Below, piece after piece: positions 24,497 to 25,065 of a stretch of 25,065 nt of DNA. Position 1 is the first letter of the stretch; each line of letters opens with the position of its first letter. The notes beneath the pieces are model-generated. The model ran no database searches and was not told the origin of the DNA. It saw only the letters and a program-made list of their open reading frames with translations. Origin of the DNA: Candidatus Eiseniibacteriota bacterium (GTDB lineage: Bacteria > Eisenbacteria > RBG-16-71-46 > DASYSL01); assembly GCA_031431875.1 (NCBI GenBank), contig JANPEF010000139.1, forward strand, positions 1 through 25,065, given 5' to 3'. The position numbers and the translations under genes were made by a program.

Positions 24497-25065
24497 TCAC
24501 CGGATCAGGACGGTCTTCCGGGTGAGGAGCACGCCCGGCGCCTGCAGGCGCACGAAGTACACGCCGCTCGGGACCGGCTGCCCGTCGCGATTGCGGTGAT
24601 CCCACACCAGCACGTGCCGCCCCGCGGCAAACGGAGCCTCGGCGATCCTGCGCACGATGCGCCCCGCCGCGTCGAAGACCACGAGCGACACCGGGGATTC
24701 GCGCGGGAGCGCGAACTCGAACCGCACGATCTCGCGGCCCGGATTCGGGCGAGGCGGAGCGAACTCGACCTGGCGTGGGAGAACCTCGGCCTGTCCCGGG
24801 ACTGAGACGAGGAAAGCAAGGTTGAGCAGAACCGACACCGCATTGGCCCTGGTGTTCGCCGTGACCACCTCGGAAAATCCGTCCCCGTTCAGGTCGCCAA
24901 TCGCCACGGAGTAGGGTTCACTCCCGGTCCCGAAGTCCGTTTTCCTCCCGAAGGTCAAGTCGCCGTTGCCGGGCAACACCGAGACGGTGTTGGCGAGATA
25001 GTTCGCCGTGGCCAGGTCGGGGATCGCGTCCCCGTTCAAGTCACTGATCGCCAGGGACTGGGGCC
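24497..25065 (-). CDS. FG-GAP/VCBS repeat protein with C-terminal FlgD-Ig/T9SS-like domain (5' end beyond the right edge)
   Basis: DLNGDAIPDLATAN and GDLNGDGFSEVVTAN repeats, then the tail PRPNP...FDAAGRIVR...WDHRNRDGQPVPSGVYFVRL. Confidence 0.9.
   Translation of the reverse strand, partial: PQSLAISDLNGDAIPDLATANYLANTVSVLPGNGDLTFGRKTDFGTGSEPYSVAIGDLNGDGFSEVVTANTRANAVSVLLNLAFLVSVPGQAEVLPRQVEFAPPRPNPGREIVRFEFALPRESPVSLVVFDAAGRIVRRIAEAPFAAGRHVLVWDHRNRDGQPVPSGVYFVRLQAPGVLLTRKTVLIR

Overview
GC-rich bacterial chromosomal segment. From left to right it holds: a truncated GH130 glycoside phosphorylase/hydrolase gene coupled to a GT4 glycosyltransferase with a long C-terminal helical-barrel-like domain; an XRE regulator; cupin, cold-shock and CDGSH Fe-S genes; a caa3-type cytochrome c oxidase operon (ctaC-D-E-F-G-like, minus strand); a signal-peptide-bearing M3A oligopeptidase; a secreted FlgD-Ig-tailed protein; thyX; and a Tat-signal small protein translationally coupled to an amidase. 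The accessory right end carries secreted or surface proteins (lipoprotein, frameshifted beta-barrel-like gene, beta-helix protein, metzincin-like protease, FG-GAP protein) plus gene relics. The most striking element is a 457-aa intein inserted inside the ThyX catalytic RHRx7S motif. It carries an HNH (not LAGLIDADG) endonuclease and two apparent helix-turn-helix modules, one of them between splicing blocks A and B. Two distinct C-terminal tags (FlgD-Ig/T9SS-like and a short WGxxKxxYR tail) suggest, by inference only, an FCB-group candidate phylum such as Eisenbacteria, Latescibacterota or Krumholzibacteriota. I recognised no rRNA, tRNA, CRISPR array or transposase. All family calls are motif recognition by eye; no searches were run.
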